This document shows, piece by piece, positions 1 to 8,618 of a stretch of 33,129 nt of DNA; position 1 is the stretch's first letter, and every line of letters starts with the position of its first letter. Made by a program: the position numbers and the translations under genes. The notes under the pieces were generated by a model. That model had not been told where the DNA came from. It ran no database searches and was given only the letters and a program-made list of their open reading frames with translations. Origin of the DNA: a virus. The stretch is taken from IMG/VR virus record IMGVR_UViG_3300014325_000010, positions 1 through 33,129 of that record; one strand, 5' to 3'.

Positions 1-1
1 A

Positions 2-307
2 AATATACATAATAATCATTCTGAAAAATGGAAAAGAAATCTAAGTAAAGGTAAGATAGGGAATAAAAATTCGTTTGGAAATATCCAATCTGATGAATCA
101 CGAGAAAGAAAGCGAATAGCTGCTAGCAACAAAACACATTCGTTAGAAACCCGCCAAAGAATAAGTCAATCTCAAGAACTTCGTTGGAATCCTACCCGTG
201 AGTATTTAGAAAATCAAATTACTAAAACACAAACCAAACTTGACAAAATTATCAAATTTCCAGATCCAAAACCTGAACGAAAGAATATAGAATTTCAAAA
301 ACCATAG
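2..307 (+). CDS. 3' end of an upstream gene (partial, runs off the window start). Carries NUMOD3-like DNA-binding repeats of the kind found in homing endonucleases.
   Basis: Open frame from the window edge to TAG at 305-307. Translation ...HSEKWKRNLSKGKIG...SDESRERKRIAASNKTHSLETRQRISQS contains repeated (S/T)xExRxKIS motifs, as in NUMOD3 repeats of GIY-YIG/HNH homing endonucleases. Confidence 0.4.
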   Translation, partial: NIHNNHSEKWKRNLSKGKIGNKNSFGNIQSDESRERKRIAASNKTHSLETRQRISQSQELRWNPTREYLENQITKTQTKLDKIIKFPDPKPERKNIEFQKP

Positions 308-373
308 ACAAACTAGATAACTTGATATCAAAATTAACTGCAATGTTTAACATTGAGTTAGAAAGTAACTAAA

Positions 374-970
374 ATGCAGATTGGAAATTTGCGTGGAACC
401 AGTGGCACCGGAAAGAGTACAATTATTCGTAATTTGATGGCTAAATATTCAAAACGTGAACCTCAATTTATTACTGGACGAAAACAACCAATATCGTATA
501 AATTATACAGAGATGATGGTGGTTCACCATTATTTGTTTTAGGACACTATGAAATGCCAACCGGAGGCGTCGACACCATCAGTGGTATGGAACTCATATA
601 TAAAATGATAAATGAAGCAGCTGATTCAGGATTTGATGTAGCATATGAGGGACTTGTTGTAAGTTCAGATTGTGTTCGTTGCATCGATTTAAAAAATCGC
701 CATTCATTACTTGTTATTGAACTAACTACCCCAATTGAGGTTTGCCTTGAAGGAATTCGCGCTCGGCGAGCTGCTAGTGCAGCAGCTAAATCGGCGAAAA
801 AGGGCATTGAAATAATACCAAAAGAAGTTGACCCCAAGAATACCGTGGCTAAACAGAAACAAATTGTGCCCCAACGGAAAAGGTTCAAAGCCGCGGGTGT
901 TGATTTTAGAATGCTTAATCGAGAAGAAGCCATGCAAGCGATATTAACCCATTTTGGGTGGCCTTCATGA
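374..970 (+). CDS. P-loop nucleotide or DNA kinase. Candidate 5-hydroxymethyl-dU DNA kinase (5-HMUDK-like), judged from context.
   Basis: Walker A GTSGTGKST at the N-terminus, about 200 aa. Lies immediately upstream of the candidate aGPT-pyrophosphorylase and close to a thymidylate-synthase-family hydroxymethylase. Confidence 0.5.
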   Translation: MQIGNLRGTSGTGKSTIIRNLMAKYSKREPQFITGRKQPISYKLYRDDGGSPLFVLGHYEMPTGGVDTISGMELIYKMINEAADSGFDVAYEGLVVSSDCVRCIDLKNRHSLLVIELTTPIEVCLEGIRARRAASAAAKSAKKGIEIIPKEVDPKNTVAKQKQIVPQRKRFKAAGVDFRMLNREEAMQAILTHFGWPS

Positions 971-1107
971 AGAGTGATCATTTTATTGAACGGTGTAAAA
1001 ACTGTGGAACTGTAATTTCACAATGTCGTTGTGTTGATCCCAACAAGAAATTGCTTTGGGGTATTTGCGATAAATGTAAAGGTAAAGATGCAACTACTAC
1101 AAGCTAA
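967..1107 (+). CDS. Small Cys-rich zinc-ribbon protein (46 aa)
   Basis: ATGA overlap with the kinase stop. Translation MKSDHFIERCKNCGTVISQCRCVDPNKKLLWGICDKCKGKDATTTS contains CxxC...CxC...CxxC. Overlaps the 5' extension of the next ORF, so either this ORF or the GTG-1031 extension is real. Confidence 0.25.
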   Translation: MKSDHFIERCKNCGTVISQCRCVDPNKKLLWGICDKCKGKDATTTS

Positions 1108-1954
1108 CGAATTCTTTGCCTTTGAGCGCGAACGATACAATATCTATCTGCGCCGGCAAGCAGGTCAAAAATGGCCCTGGACTGATGATCCTATCCTTCG
1201 AGAGTATCGCTTCACTAACACGTTTCGAGAGTTAGATCGGACTACGACCTGGTTTCGGGAAAATATCCGTGGTCCACTTTCACTCAAAGCTACAAACGAC
1301 GAAGGTCGTTTGAAACTTGTTAATTCAACACTAATCTTTCGATGGTTCAATCGTATATCCTCGATGGAATTGATTAAAGAACAACTTCTTAATACGTGGG
1401 ATTCAAAAGAAGTTCATCGAATACTTAAGGATGTGAAGCCACTGGTATCTGGTGCCTTCATGATCAAAACCTTATCTGGTTTGAATAAGCTTGATGGTCT
1501 AATGGAATCCATTGATCTTGCTTTATTGATGACACCAAATATGGTACCAGGTTGGGGTGCTACGCTCGAAGGAGCATGGAGGGATATTCAAAGCATTCCG
1601 TTCCTCGGAGCGTTTATGGCGCACGAGATCGTGCAAGATTTGTATTACACACCAATCTTATGTGATGCAACCGATGCAATGACTTGGTCGAGCTTTGGCC
1701 CAGGTGGTACTCACGGGATGAGTAGAATCGTCTCGGGTCACGCCAAAATGTTCAATCGAGGTTCGGCCACTGACCAAGCTACTATGCGTGAAGCGATGAT
1801 CCAACTACTCGAAATGAGTAATAAGGAGGAATATTGGCCGCAGGAATGGCCGACGTGGAACGCCCATACAGTCGAATTTGGATGTTGCGAATATGATAAA
1901 TATTGCCGAGGTATGGTTGGTGAACGATTGAAACGCAGGTACAGTCCTACATAG
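1088..1954 (+). CDS. Candidate alpha-glutamyl/putrescinyl-thymine pyrophosphorylase (aGPT-Pplase-like). The track ORF starts at GTG 1031; an ATG at 1088 is the alternative start.
   Basis: Long ORF directly after the P-loop kinase. I recalled the family only from the conserved kinase-then-pyrophosphorylase gene order of thymidine hypermodification clusters; no direct motif check was possible. Confidence 0.4.
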   Translation: MQLLQANEFFAFERERYNIYLRRQAGQKWPWTDDPILREYRFTNTFRELDRTTTWFRENIRGPLSLKATNDEGRLKLVNSTLIFRWFNRISSMELIKEQLLNTWDSKEVHRILKDVKPLVSGAFMIKTLSGLNKLDGLMESIDLALLMTPNMVPGWGATLEGAWRDIQSIPFLGAFMAHEIVQDLYYTPILCDATDAMTWSSFGPGGTHGMSRIVSGHAKMFNRGSATDQATMREAMIQLLEMSNKEEYWPQEWPTWNAHTVEFGCCEYDKYCRGMVGERLKRRYSPT

Positions 1955-1964
1955 GAGAATAGCA

Positions 1965-2933
1965 ATGGACACTTATGATTTTGAATCAAAACATCTCTAT
2001 CGTAAACGTCGGGAATTATGTATAGATCGTTTTGCGGTTGGAAGTTTTCGAGATCGTAAAGTAGCCTATCTTGATACTCGAGAAGCTTTAGATACTATTT
2101 CGTATCTGAAAAGAGGATACAGACCAAAGAATTTATGGGCTATTAATCGAGATCCCGTAGAGGTGGCTTTACTAACACAGAAATTAGATAAACTAGGATT
2201 ACCCAGAATTAATACATGTGGTCTGGAATTTGAAGAAGCACTTGAAAAACGTGTACCAGAAGTCAACATCATTGATTTTGATGGAATGTCTTGTATACAC
2301 CAAAAATTACTAGACATGTTACACCGTATTGTTAATAAAAGACCAAATGTATTGTATGGATTAACACTCTTAGGTGGAAGAGAACAATCCAAAAATGACA
2401 CAAGATTTGCTTTTTCTGAAAAAGCCCAGTATAACAAAGTTAGAAATTACTTTCCAGAAGAACTATTTGTAGGTACAGATACAGAGGGTGTAATTGTTGT
2501 ACAAAAGAATCTTTTAGATGAATTTGCACATTTAGTAACTCACGCACAAACTCGTGAAACATCTTTTGGTACAATAGTTAATGCATCACACCATGATCGT
2601 CTTAGTGTTGTATTTGAAGCATTTAACGATCCAAGTAAAGCGGGGACTAAATATGTGGATGCTAGTAAATGTAAAATTCATGTTATCGAAGTACGTTGGG
2701 ATGTGTATGTGTCAATTTCTAATCAACCCATGATTTGGGCAATTTTTAGAACAGAACCTCATCGATCATTACAACTGTCAGATATTCCAAATTACATTAA
2801 AAGAACAGATTGCTTGGCAACACCAGAATGCCGAGTAGAAGATTACGTAAAAAGTGTTAATGTGGAAACAAAGAAAAACAAATTTTTAGAAAATGCATTA
2901 CACAGTCACTTTCTAAGTTGGACACGCATATGA
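1965..2933 (+). CDS. Hypothetical protein (322 aa) embedded in the thymidine-modification cluster
   Basis: Clean ORF, tightly spaced 10 nt after the previous stop. I recognised no motifs. Confidence 0.55.
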   Translation: MDTYDFESKHLYRKRRELCIDRFAVGSFRDRKVAYLDTREALDTISYLKRGYRPKNLWAINRDPVEVALLTQKLDKLGLPRINTCGLEFEEALEKRVPEVNIIDFDGMSCIHQKLLDMLHRIVNKRPNVLYGLTLLGGREQSKNDTRFAFSEKAQYNKVRNYFPEELFVGTDTEGVIVVQKNLLDEFAHLVTHAQTRETSFGTIVNASHHDRLSVVFEAFNDPSKAGTKYVDASKCKIHVIEVRWDVYVSISNQPMIWAIFRTEPHRSLQLSDIPNYIKRTDCLATPECRVEDYVKSVNVETKKNKFLENALHSHFLSWTRI

Positions 2934-3169
2934 TCCATGTAATCACTAATCAACCAACTTACGATGAGTCGGAAGAAAAATCCTGGCCCGAGCGAGCTAT
3001 TAAAAGTCATGAAATGGTGCAAAATCGATATGACTTTAATGCTCGTACTGCTATTCGAGTGATTCTCGAATGTGGTCATTCTTGTGTGCTTACAGGTGAA
3101 GCAATATTCGAAGAGGGAACTTCTATTCGGTGTAAGCTTTGTGCCGATCAGTTGAATCAGATGCGTTAA
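2918..3169 (+). CDS. Small Cys/His-rich protein. An alternative start at ATG 2930 would overlap the upstream stop as ATGA.
   Basis: ECGHSCVL...CKLCAD pairs suggest a zinc-binding fold. Confidence 0.4.
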   Translation: MDTHMIHVITNQPTYDESEEKSWPERAIKSHEMVQNRYDFNARTAIRVILECGHSCVLTGEAIFEEGTSIRCKLCADQLNQMR

Positions 3170-3286
3170 AAGTATCAAGATGTTCGAATGACTATCCAAA
3201 AAGTCTGCTAGTTACAGTTCCTTTGAGTGAATCAGATAGACGTCAGTAACATATTACGTGAGTTGATGGATTAACTTTCAAGTACT

Positions 3287-3826
3287 ATGCTAATGAAACA
3301 TTATTTACAAGAAATAGAAATTTCTAAACTTCAACAGCAACTCACAGCTAAGAAAGGGATAGTTTCTGGAAATTGTGCTCGTTGTGGAATATATCGTTGG
3401 TCTTTAGATAGAGATCATAAAACTTGTAAATGGAAATGTAAACAATTAGGATGGACTGTAGAACAAATAGAAGATTACACCAATATACAATATCTATGCC
3501 AAAATTGCCATCACGATAAGACTCATAAAGAAGATCTTATTGGAAGAAAATTATCTGCTGAACACGTTGAAAAAATTATTCAAGCAAATACTGGAAGAAA
3601 ATACTCAGAAGAGACTAGAGCTAGAATGAGTGCTGCCCAAATTGGGCATACACACTCAGAAGAATCAAAATTACGAATGAGCCAAGCAAGACGAGGACGT
3701 CCTCCTGGTAATTTTGGAACCACAACAAAAGATTTGTTAGAAACAATAGAAAAAGAAAAACGAAAACTAGATAAATACACTAAGAAATTAGAGGAGCAAT
3801 CAAATAATGAAAGTTCTAGTAGTTAA
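3287..3826 (+). CDS. HNH homing endonuclease with NUMOD3 repeats
   Basis: CARCG...CQNCHHDKTHKED matches the HNH/zinc-finger core. Two NUMOD3-like repeats: GRKYSEETRARMSAAQIG and HSEESKLRMSQARRG. Confidence 0.7.
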   Translation: MLMKHYLQEIEISKLQQQLTAKKGIVSGNCARCGIYRWSLDRDHKTCKWKCKQLGWTVEQIEDYTNIQYLCQNCHHDKTHKEDLIGRKLSAEHVEKIIQANTGRKYSEETRARMSAAQIGHTHSEESKLRMSQARRGRPPGNFGTTTKDLLETIEKEKRKLDKYTKKLEEQSNNESSSS

Positions 3827-4877
3827 AAATAATCAAGAAGGTCTGTCAAAAGCTTTATCCCTTCTATATAAAGAAGGCGAACAACGAAATTCTAGAAATG
3901 GTCCAGTATTAACCACACCATATCCAGTAACAACTGTTTTTGAAAAACCGCTAGAGCGTATCATTTTTAATCCAGAGAGAGATTACAATTGCGCATTTAT
4001 TTTATATGAAGCAATGTGGATGCTTGCAGGACGTAATGATGTTGCACCAATTGCACGATATGCTAAAAATATGATGAATTATTCTGTTGATAAAACTAAT
4101 CTTCATGCAGCATATGGCCATCGTTGGCGTAAACAGTTTGGAATAGATCAATTAGAAATAATTGCTCAACGACTTCAAAATAATAAAGAAGACCGTAGAT
4201 CAGTATTACAAATGTGGGATTCCAGACTTGATCTTCATCGTGATGATAAAGCTTTGGATCTTCCATGTAATGACACGTGCACTTTCCAAATTGGAGCTGA
4301 TGGAAAATTATATTTAGTGGTTTTTTGTAGATCTAATGATGTTGTTTGGGGTACATTTTTTGCAAATCAGGGACATTTTAGTACACTTCTCGAGTACATG
4401 AGTTTATATATTGGTGTTCCAATCGGAACTTATACACAAATAAGTGTTAATTTTCATGGATATCTAAATGTATTAGATACTGTTAAAGAATTACAATACG
4501 CTGATTTTAAAAATCCATACGAACATGGTATTAGTACACTTCCAATGACAGAATCTCGTCATGGCGAATCCCCAAACGACACGATCAAACGCCTTGATAA
4601 ATCTATAAAAGAATTATTGTTACATGCTGATACAAATTTCAAACTCCCTCGATTAGAAAATGATAACGAAACATGGGTAGACGTAGCATACGCAGTTTTA
4701 AAAGCACACGAATTATGGCGGACACTTGCGGCTCCAGAGCGATTCGAGGAACCTCTTAAGGTATTAGCAGCTCAACCTAAAAATGTAGATTGGATTGTAG
4801 CTATGCGAGAGTGGATAGAACGTCGTCAAGCTATTTGGGAACAGAAGCAAATTGCTGGAGGGAAAATTCAAGAATGA
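3807..4877 (+). CDS. Thymidylate-synthase-family pyrimidine hydroxymethylase (probable dUMP hydroxymethylase)
   Basis: Translation aligns with the ThyA core: HRWRKQFG, DQLEIIAQRLQNNKEDRRSVLQMWD, LPCNDTCTFQIGADGKLYLVVFCRSNDVVWG. The catalytic Cys lies in a PCx context, as in ThyA's PCH. Kinase and pyrophosphorylase neighbours favour a hydroxymethylase over a true thymidylate synthase. Confidence 0.8.
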   Translation: MKVLVVKNNQEGLSKALSLLYKEGEQRNSRNGPVLTTPYPVTTVFEKPLERIIFNPERDYNCAFILYEAMWMLAGRNDVAPIARYAKNMMNYSVDKTNLHAAYGHRWRKQFGIDQLEIIAQRLQNNKEDRRSVLQMWDSRLDLHRDDKALDLPCNDTCTFQIGADGKLYLVVFCRSNDVVWGTFFANQGHFSTLLEYMSLYIGVPIGTYTQISVNFHGYLNVLDTVKELQYADFKNPYEHGISTLPMTESRHGESPNDTIKRLDKSIKELLLHADTNFKLPRLENDNETWVDVAYAVLKAHELWRTLAAPERFEEPLKVLAAQPKNVDWIVAMREWIERRQAIWEQKQIAGGKIQE

Positions 4878-5215
4878 TACCTCTATCATTACTAGCTGTT
4901 CATACATTTGCTGATTTTGTTTGTCAGACAAATTGGATGGCAACCAATAAGTCCAAGAATTGGCTTGCTCTTTATGTCCATGTCATAGTGTACAGTCTAT
5001 GTTTTTCTTATTGGGGGTTGTCATTTGTGGCATTTACATTTGGTACACATCTTATCACAGATGCTGTTACCAGTAGAATGACTGCTTATCTATACAAGAA
5101 TTTTGATGATCAGCATTTCTATCAACCAAATTCTCATTGGTTTTTTGTGGTGATAGGATTTGATCAATTAATACATTTTGCTACTCTCGCTTACACGTAT
5201 CAGAGGTTTATATGA
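4874..5215 (+). CDS. Small polytopic membrane protein
   Basis: ATG at 4874 overlaps the upstream TGA. MIPLSLLAVHTFADF...WLALYVHVIVYSLCFSYWGLSFVAFTFG gives 3-4 predicted TM helices. Confidence 0.5.
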   Translation: MIPLSLLAVHTFADFVCQTNWMATNKSKNWLALYVHVIVYSLCFSYWGLSFVAFTFGTHLITDAVTSRMTAYLYKNFDDQHFYQPNSHWFFVVIGFDQLIHFATLAYTYQRFI

Positions 5216-5412
5216 AACTACAATACAAGAAATTTGAAAGTGGTACCAAATCATGGAAAACTATGTGTGATGAGGTTGTTACCTTCGTGAATGGGTTGGT
5301 TCGGGTGAACGGCATACCACCAGCACAGATCATGAACATCTCAATTGGTGAAAATGGACCTCCAATAGGTGCTAATGGAATTATTGTCGTGTGGTATTGG
5401 GTGGAGGATTAG
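5212..5412 (+). CDS. Small protein, tandem paralog A (C-terminal IIVVWYWVED)
   Basis: Shares the pattern ...FVN.L....P....NIS......G....VVVW(Y/F)W with the next ORF. Confidence 0.45.
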   Translation: MKLQYKKFESGTKSWKTMCDEVVTFVNGLVRVNGIPPAQIMNISIGENGPPIGANGIIVVWYWVED

Positions 5413-5414
5413 TC

Positions 5415-5648
5415 ATGAAGAAATTACATTTCAAAGCTTTTGACACAAACGAATATACTCACAGATTACAAATGGTAGCAGCTGCAACTAAGTTTGTCAA
5501 CAAACTAATCACCGATTTACAAATATCACCAATTGATGTTTTTAACATTTCTATGGATTCGTCTCCAGCAGAAAAAGGAGCTTATTCTGTTGTTGTCGTA
5601 TGGTTTTGGGCTGACGAAGAGTATGGATCAGAATTGTTAAAGGACTAA
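5415..5648 (+). CDS. Small protein, tandem paralog B (C-terminal SVVVVWFWADEEYG)
   Basis: ATG at 5415 preceded by GGAGG. Paralogous to 5212..5412. Confidence 0.45.
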   Translation: MKKLHFKAFDTNEYTHRLQMVAAATKFVNKLITDLQISPIDVFNISMDSSPAEKGAYSVVVVWFWADEEYGSELLKD

Positions 5649-5650
5649 AG

Positions 5651-5824
5651 ATGCTGCCACCTTTGTGCGTTCCAACATGTGTTTTTCCAGATAGTAAACC
5701 ACCAGAAAGAATGGTATCAAAGAAAGAGTTATGTCCGCGTTGTGAATCCGAGAATTTGGCAAAGATTAAAGGTTGTATCCACTGTTTGGATTGTCATTTC
5801 AAACAAGATTGTAATGGGTGGTAG
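5651..5824 (+). CDS. Zinc-ribbon protein (57 aa)
   Basis: MLPPLCVPTCVFPD...CPRCESENLAKIKGCIHCLDCHFKQDCNGW carries four CxxC-type pairs. Packed exactly between the neighbouring stop (5648) and start (5825). Preferred over the overlapping GTG-start track ORF 5679..5861. Confidence 0.45.
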   Translation: MLPPLCVPTCVFPDSKPPERMVSKKELCPRCESENLAKIKGCIHCLDCHFKQDCNGW

Positions 5825-6121
5825 ATGCATAAATTTGAAGCACACATTACTTGTCATGTAAATCAAGCTGATGAAGTCAAAATTATTGGAGTTGAATTTG
5901 GTTGGAAATTTAGTTGCATTGAGGGCGATGCACTAATGGGTCCTAAACCCTATTGCTATCTTACTGGGTACTCTACAGACAAACACGAGTTGTACTTTAA
6001 TGTACAAAGACTCACAGTGACCTTACAAAGACGAGGAGTAGAGGTACTGAGATCTAAAATAGAACAGATTATCTTCGATACAAAAACTGGAATTGATGAA
6101 TTAGCAATTGGTGAACAATGA
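5825..6121 (+). CDS. Hypothetical protein
   Basis: ORF with ATGA overlap to the next gene. Confidence 0.4.
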   Translation: MHKFEAHITCHVNQADEVKIIGVEFGWKFSCIEGDALMGPKPYCYLTGYSTDKHELYFNVQRLTVTLQRRGVEVLRSKIEQIIFDTKTGIDELAIGEQ

Positions 6122-6357
6122 AAGTACGAGTAAATTTTAGACAGAAAAGATTCTTTGGATCAGTATACAAAGAAATTGAATTAGCAATAGATCCACAAAT
6201 TGGAATGCATTTCGAATATGAAAAAGACTGGGCGTTAGCAACTGTAACCAGTATTTCTGTTGGTAAAGATTGGATTGAGATCGATCAGTATTATCCACTG
6301 TTTGATGAAGAAGAATTAGAGCAATTACAAAAGTTGGGTTGGACCGTTCGACGGTAA
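6118..6357 (+). CDS. Hypothetical protein
   Basis: ORF, acidic C-terminus. Confidence 0.4.
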   Translation: MKVRVNFRQKRFFGSVYKEIELAIDPQIGMHFEYEKDWALATVTSISVGKDWIEIDQYYPLFDEEELEQLQKLGWTVRR

Positions 6358-6427
6358 TCTAATGTTGGGAAAGTTTCATTGTAGTGAATGAACCATATCA
6401 CTAGACTGTAACATAACAATTGAGTAG

Positions 6428-6985
6428 TTGATGAAAATCATCAGTAAAAAACAATTTTTCGATATGTGGCGAGCAGGTGTTTTAGGTAATCGGACAAGAC
6501 TCTGGAACGATCCAGTTAAATGTTTCGAAGAATCAACTGACTTGAATATTAAAACAATAGGTTTTCGAGAGGTTGGTAAAACGGGTGGTGGTGCGTGGGA
6601 AAAAGTCCCTCTCGAAAAGATGTTAATTACAGCGCGAAAATGGAAAGATGCTGGAAGAACGTTCATTTTAGACGATGGTTGTCCTGATGAGAAAAGGACG
6701 ATTCAAGGTGAAATTTGCCGTACAGAATTGGGTCTGTATGGCTATCTTGATACGAAGAGTATTCTTCCAATGCGTCCAGCGATTGCAGCGGGACATATGC
6801 GATCTTGTTCTTATGCGACGTGCATTGCACTTCTGGATCGTTATATGGATGCTAGCAGCCGGGACGATCTAGAGATGTTGTTAGAATTGTATCCCGACCA
6901 TGTTATCGAGTTCACAAGCTTCTCAGTTGATGTAGGAGTGTTTCCAAATAGAAACACGCTTTTTTGGGAGACAAGGTTATTCTAA
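6428..6985 (+). CDS. Hypothetical protein with possible divergent Walker A and B motifs
   Basis: IGFREVGKTGG fits GxxxxGKT after a hydrophobic strand. RTFILDDG fits hhhhDD. The pairing is suggestive only. Confidence 0.45.
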   Translation: MMKIISKKQFFDMWRAGVLGNRTRLWNDPVKCFEESTDLNIKTIGFREVGKTGGGAWEKVPLEKMLITARKWKDAGRTFILDDGCPDEKRTIQGEICRTELGLYGYLDTKSILPMRPAIAAGHMRSCSYATCIALLDRYMDASSRDDLEMLLELYPDHVIEFTSFSVDVGVFPNRNTLFWETRLF

Positions 6986-7263
6986 TGGCTATCAGTACTG
7001 ATTGGGTAAAAGATGCAGCAACAGAAATTGCTGTCTCACAAAATGCAGAACAATTCATAGGTTATTTCTATGCAATCATAGATAAACATTGTCCTTTCGA
7101 GTACGACACTGCATACGAACCCTACAGTGCAGAAAGGGCAGATGCAATTAAGAATCTCAAAGCAGCTCTTGCTAAATTTGATAAAGCTCGAGAAGAACGT
7201 AAATTTATCAATCTAGTAGATCTGGTTGAAGCAGCTAGAGTAGTAGTTAATTATGGCAACTGA
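6985..7263 (+). CDS. Hypothetical protein
   Basis: ATG at 6985 in a TAATG overlap with the upstream stop. Confidence 0.4.
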   Translation: MAISTDWVKDAATEIAVSQNAEQFIGYFYAIIDKHCPFEYDTAYEPYSAERADAIKNLKAALAKFDKAREERKFINLVDLVEAARVVVNYGN

Positions 7264-7432
7264 ACCAACCTATACTTGCACTAAATGTGGGTTTGTGAAA
7301 ATTATCAAGAAAAGCCCTGAAGCTACAGAAAGATGGTTTAAGAAATATCACAAATGCAATGCACCTATCAAATATCTTGCAGGGTTTGATGTAAGTGACT
7401 GGTATAGAAGAAAACAAGGTGAGAAAGAATAA
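7253..7432 (+). CDS. Small zinc-finger-like protein (59 aa)
   Basis: MATEPTYTCTKCGFVKII...KYHKCNAP. TAATG overlap with the next start. Confidence 0.35.
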   Translation: MATEPTYTCTKCGFVKIIKKSPEATERWFKKYHKCNAPIKYLAGFDVSDWYRRKQGEKE

Positions 7433-7626
7433 TGGATACATATGAGATTTCCGAATTAAAAGCACTTCTCAAAGAATGTTATTCACGAGTTCCCGAGGCT
7501 CGCAAAGGTCGAGAACGAGTCATCGACTACGATCCAGCAGGGAGTACATACGAATTTACAGAATATGAATGGTCGAAGCGAGCACGAGAAATTCTAGGTA
7601 TTACTTGGGAACCAAATGGTATCTAA
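7432..7626 (+). CDS. Hypothetical small protein
   Basis: ORF. Confidence 0.35.
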   Translation: MDTYEISELKALLKECYSRVPEARKGRERVIDYDPAGSTYEFTEYEWSKRAREILGITWEPNGI

Positions 7627-7628
7627 TC

Positions 7629-7838
7629 ATGACTGTTAGAGAATTAATACAAGCTCTTAGCAAATTTCCGCCAGAAGCCCATGTATATCTGAATGAAGAT
7701 GTAGATACGAATTGCATGACGGAAGACTATGTCCCTGAATCATTACAAATCGATGAATTTATGTTACGAACATACAACTGGAATAACAGATTTGTTCGTC
7801 ACAAACCAATAGTGGGTGAACAGGTTGTTATACTTTGA
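7629..7838 (+). CDS. Small protein with an ELIQALSKFPPE motif. Paralog of 11487..11651.
   Basis: MTVRELIQALSKFPPEAHVYL... aligns with MTAKQMIELLSKFPPEMSDEVLVRL. Confidence 0.4.
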   Translation: MTVRELIQALSKFPPEAHVYLNEDVDTNCMTEDYVPESLQIDEFMLRTYNWNNRFVRHKPIVGEQVVIL

Positions 7839-8617
7839 TCACAGATCTCATCTCTCTCGATCGTCCGTTGATCGCTCTGGATGTTGAAACCACGGGGCTC
7901 TCACATAGACAAGACAGGATAGTTCAACTTGGTCTAGTTAAGGTGTACCCCGATGGCAAGATGACAGAGTTTGAAACACTTCTTAACCCAGGAATACCAA
8001 TCTCAGAAGAAGTATCTGCCATTCATCACATCACAGATGAACTTGTTCGAGATGAACCCTCTTTTGCTGATGTAGCACCAGTATTGTTTGCTGGACTTAA
8101 AGAGTGCGATTTGGTCGGATATAACATCTTTGGATTCGATATTAAATTCTTAGTCAGCGAATTTCTTCGTTGCCACATAAGATATGTAGTTCCACGCATT
8201 ATCGATTCCTTTAAGATCTTTACCAAACACCACCCTCGAAACCTACAAAGTGCTGTACAACAGTATCTAAACGAGGATTTACTAGATGCACATAGTGCTC
8301 TAGCCGATGCTCGTGCTACGATGCGTGTATTCGAGGCACAACTAATTCGACATCCAGAACTCCCTCGAACTATACAAGAATTGCATGACCATTACTTTCC
8401 AAGAAATAAAGACAGTGTTGATCCAGATAACAAAGTTATCTTCATCAATGACGAAGCCTGTATCAACTTTGGAAAACACAAAGGCATCGCACTTCGACTC
8501 ATTCCAAAAAATTACCGTCAGTGGCTTGCAAACGATCGAGAAAGTACAGATGAACTTAAGTTCATCATGAAAGAAAGTCTCGCTGGTCGTTATCCCACGA
8601 GAGAGGCACAAAAGTAA
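7835..8617 (+). CDS. DnaQ-like (DEDDh) 3'-5' exonuclease with a C-terminal extension
   Basis: Exo I motif LDVETTGL. Also ...[11 protein letters not shown]... and ...[14 protein letters not shown].... ATGA overlap with the upstream gene. Confidence 0.7.
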   Translation: MITDLISLDRPLIALDVETTGLSHRQDRIVQLGLVKVYPDGKMTEFETLLNPGIPISEEVSAIHHITDELVRDEPSFADVAPVLFAGLKECDLVGYNIFGFDIKFLVSEFLRCHIRYVVPRIIDSFKIFTKHHPRNLQSAVQQYLNEDLLDAHSALADARATMRVFEAQLIRHPELPRTIQELHDHYFPRNKDSVDPDNKVIFINDEACINFGKHKGIALRLIPKNYRQWLANDRESTDELKFIMKESLAGRYPTREAQK

Positions 8618-8618
8618 C

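Noticed and set aside
547-981. Minus-strand ORFs embedded in + strand genes. Examples: 547-981, 8342-8620, 17569-17919, 19309-19722, 20520-21137, 24568-24969, 26844-27161, 30548-30955.
   Set aside because: They sit antisense within well-supported genes that have recognisable domains and carry no motifs of their own. Typical shadow ORFs.
5679-5861. Track ORF (GTG start, 60 aa) overlapping the zinc-ribbon frame
   Set aside because: The alternative frame 5651-5824 starts with ATG directly after the upstream stop and ends exactly at the next gene start. It encodes four CxxC pairs. The GTG ORF is most likely a shadow frame.
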